A DNA stretch of 64,000 bases from Octopus sinensis (lineage: Eukaryota), in the NCBI RefSeq assembly GCF_006345805.1, contig NC_043005.1:60884001-60948000 (forward strand). Direction: 5' to 3'. The position numbers and the translations under genes were made by a program. This document shows, one piece after another, positions 63,888 to 64,000 of this stretch (position 1 is its first letter; each line of letters starts with the position of its first letter). Under the pieces are notes generated by a model. The model did not search any database and was not told the origin of the DNA. It worked only from the letters and a program-made list of their open reading frames with translations.

Positions 63888-64000
63888 AGGTGGTGAGCTG
63901 GCAGAATAGTTAAGACATCGGCCAAAATGCTTATTGACATTTCTTCCGGATTTACGTTCTAAGTTCAAATGCTGCCGAGTTCAAGTTTGACTTTCATAAT
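63888..64000 (+). mobile_element. SINE family A, runs off the window end
   Basis: ggtggtgagctggcagaatagttaagac..aagttcaaatgctgccgagttcaagtttgactttcat. Confidence 0.75.

Overview
AT-rich eukaryotic genomic DNA, almost entirely non-coding. It is saturated with microsatellites [(TA)n, (CA)n, (GATA)n, (ATT)n, (TACA)n] and with at least three tRNA-derived SINE families. By recognition, this repeat repertoire best fits an octopod cephalopod (Octopus); that is an inference, not database-checked. Most ORFs in the supplied track are translated microsatellites. No complete gene is present. The best host-gene evidence is one Sushi/CCP-like coding segment near the window start (378-588, +), plus a few weak candidate exons. 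Recognisable decayed transposons: CRE-like and Dong/R4-like (RLE) LINE ends, RTE and CR1/L2-like LINE fragments, Tc1/mariner members (DD41D, maT-like, mariner), a Tigger/pogo, two non-autonomous Helitrons with textbook ends, several fold-back/MITE-like elements, and Penelope-like ends with degenerate hammerhead-like cores. A ~1.54 kb near-identical tandem duplication may be real or a haplotype artefact. I found no convincing novel protein-coding system. The most interesting leads are a SINE family with two alternative tails, one of which builds arrays in (ATT)n; the hammerhead-like folds; and the many long inverted repeats. All alignments and translations were done by eye, and repeat boundaries are approximate unless stated.
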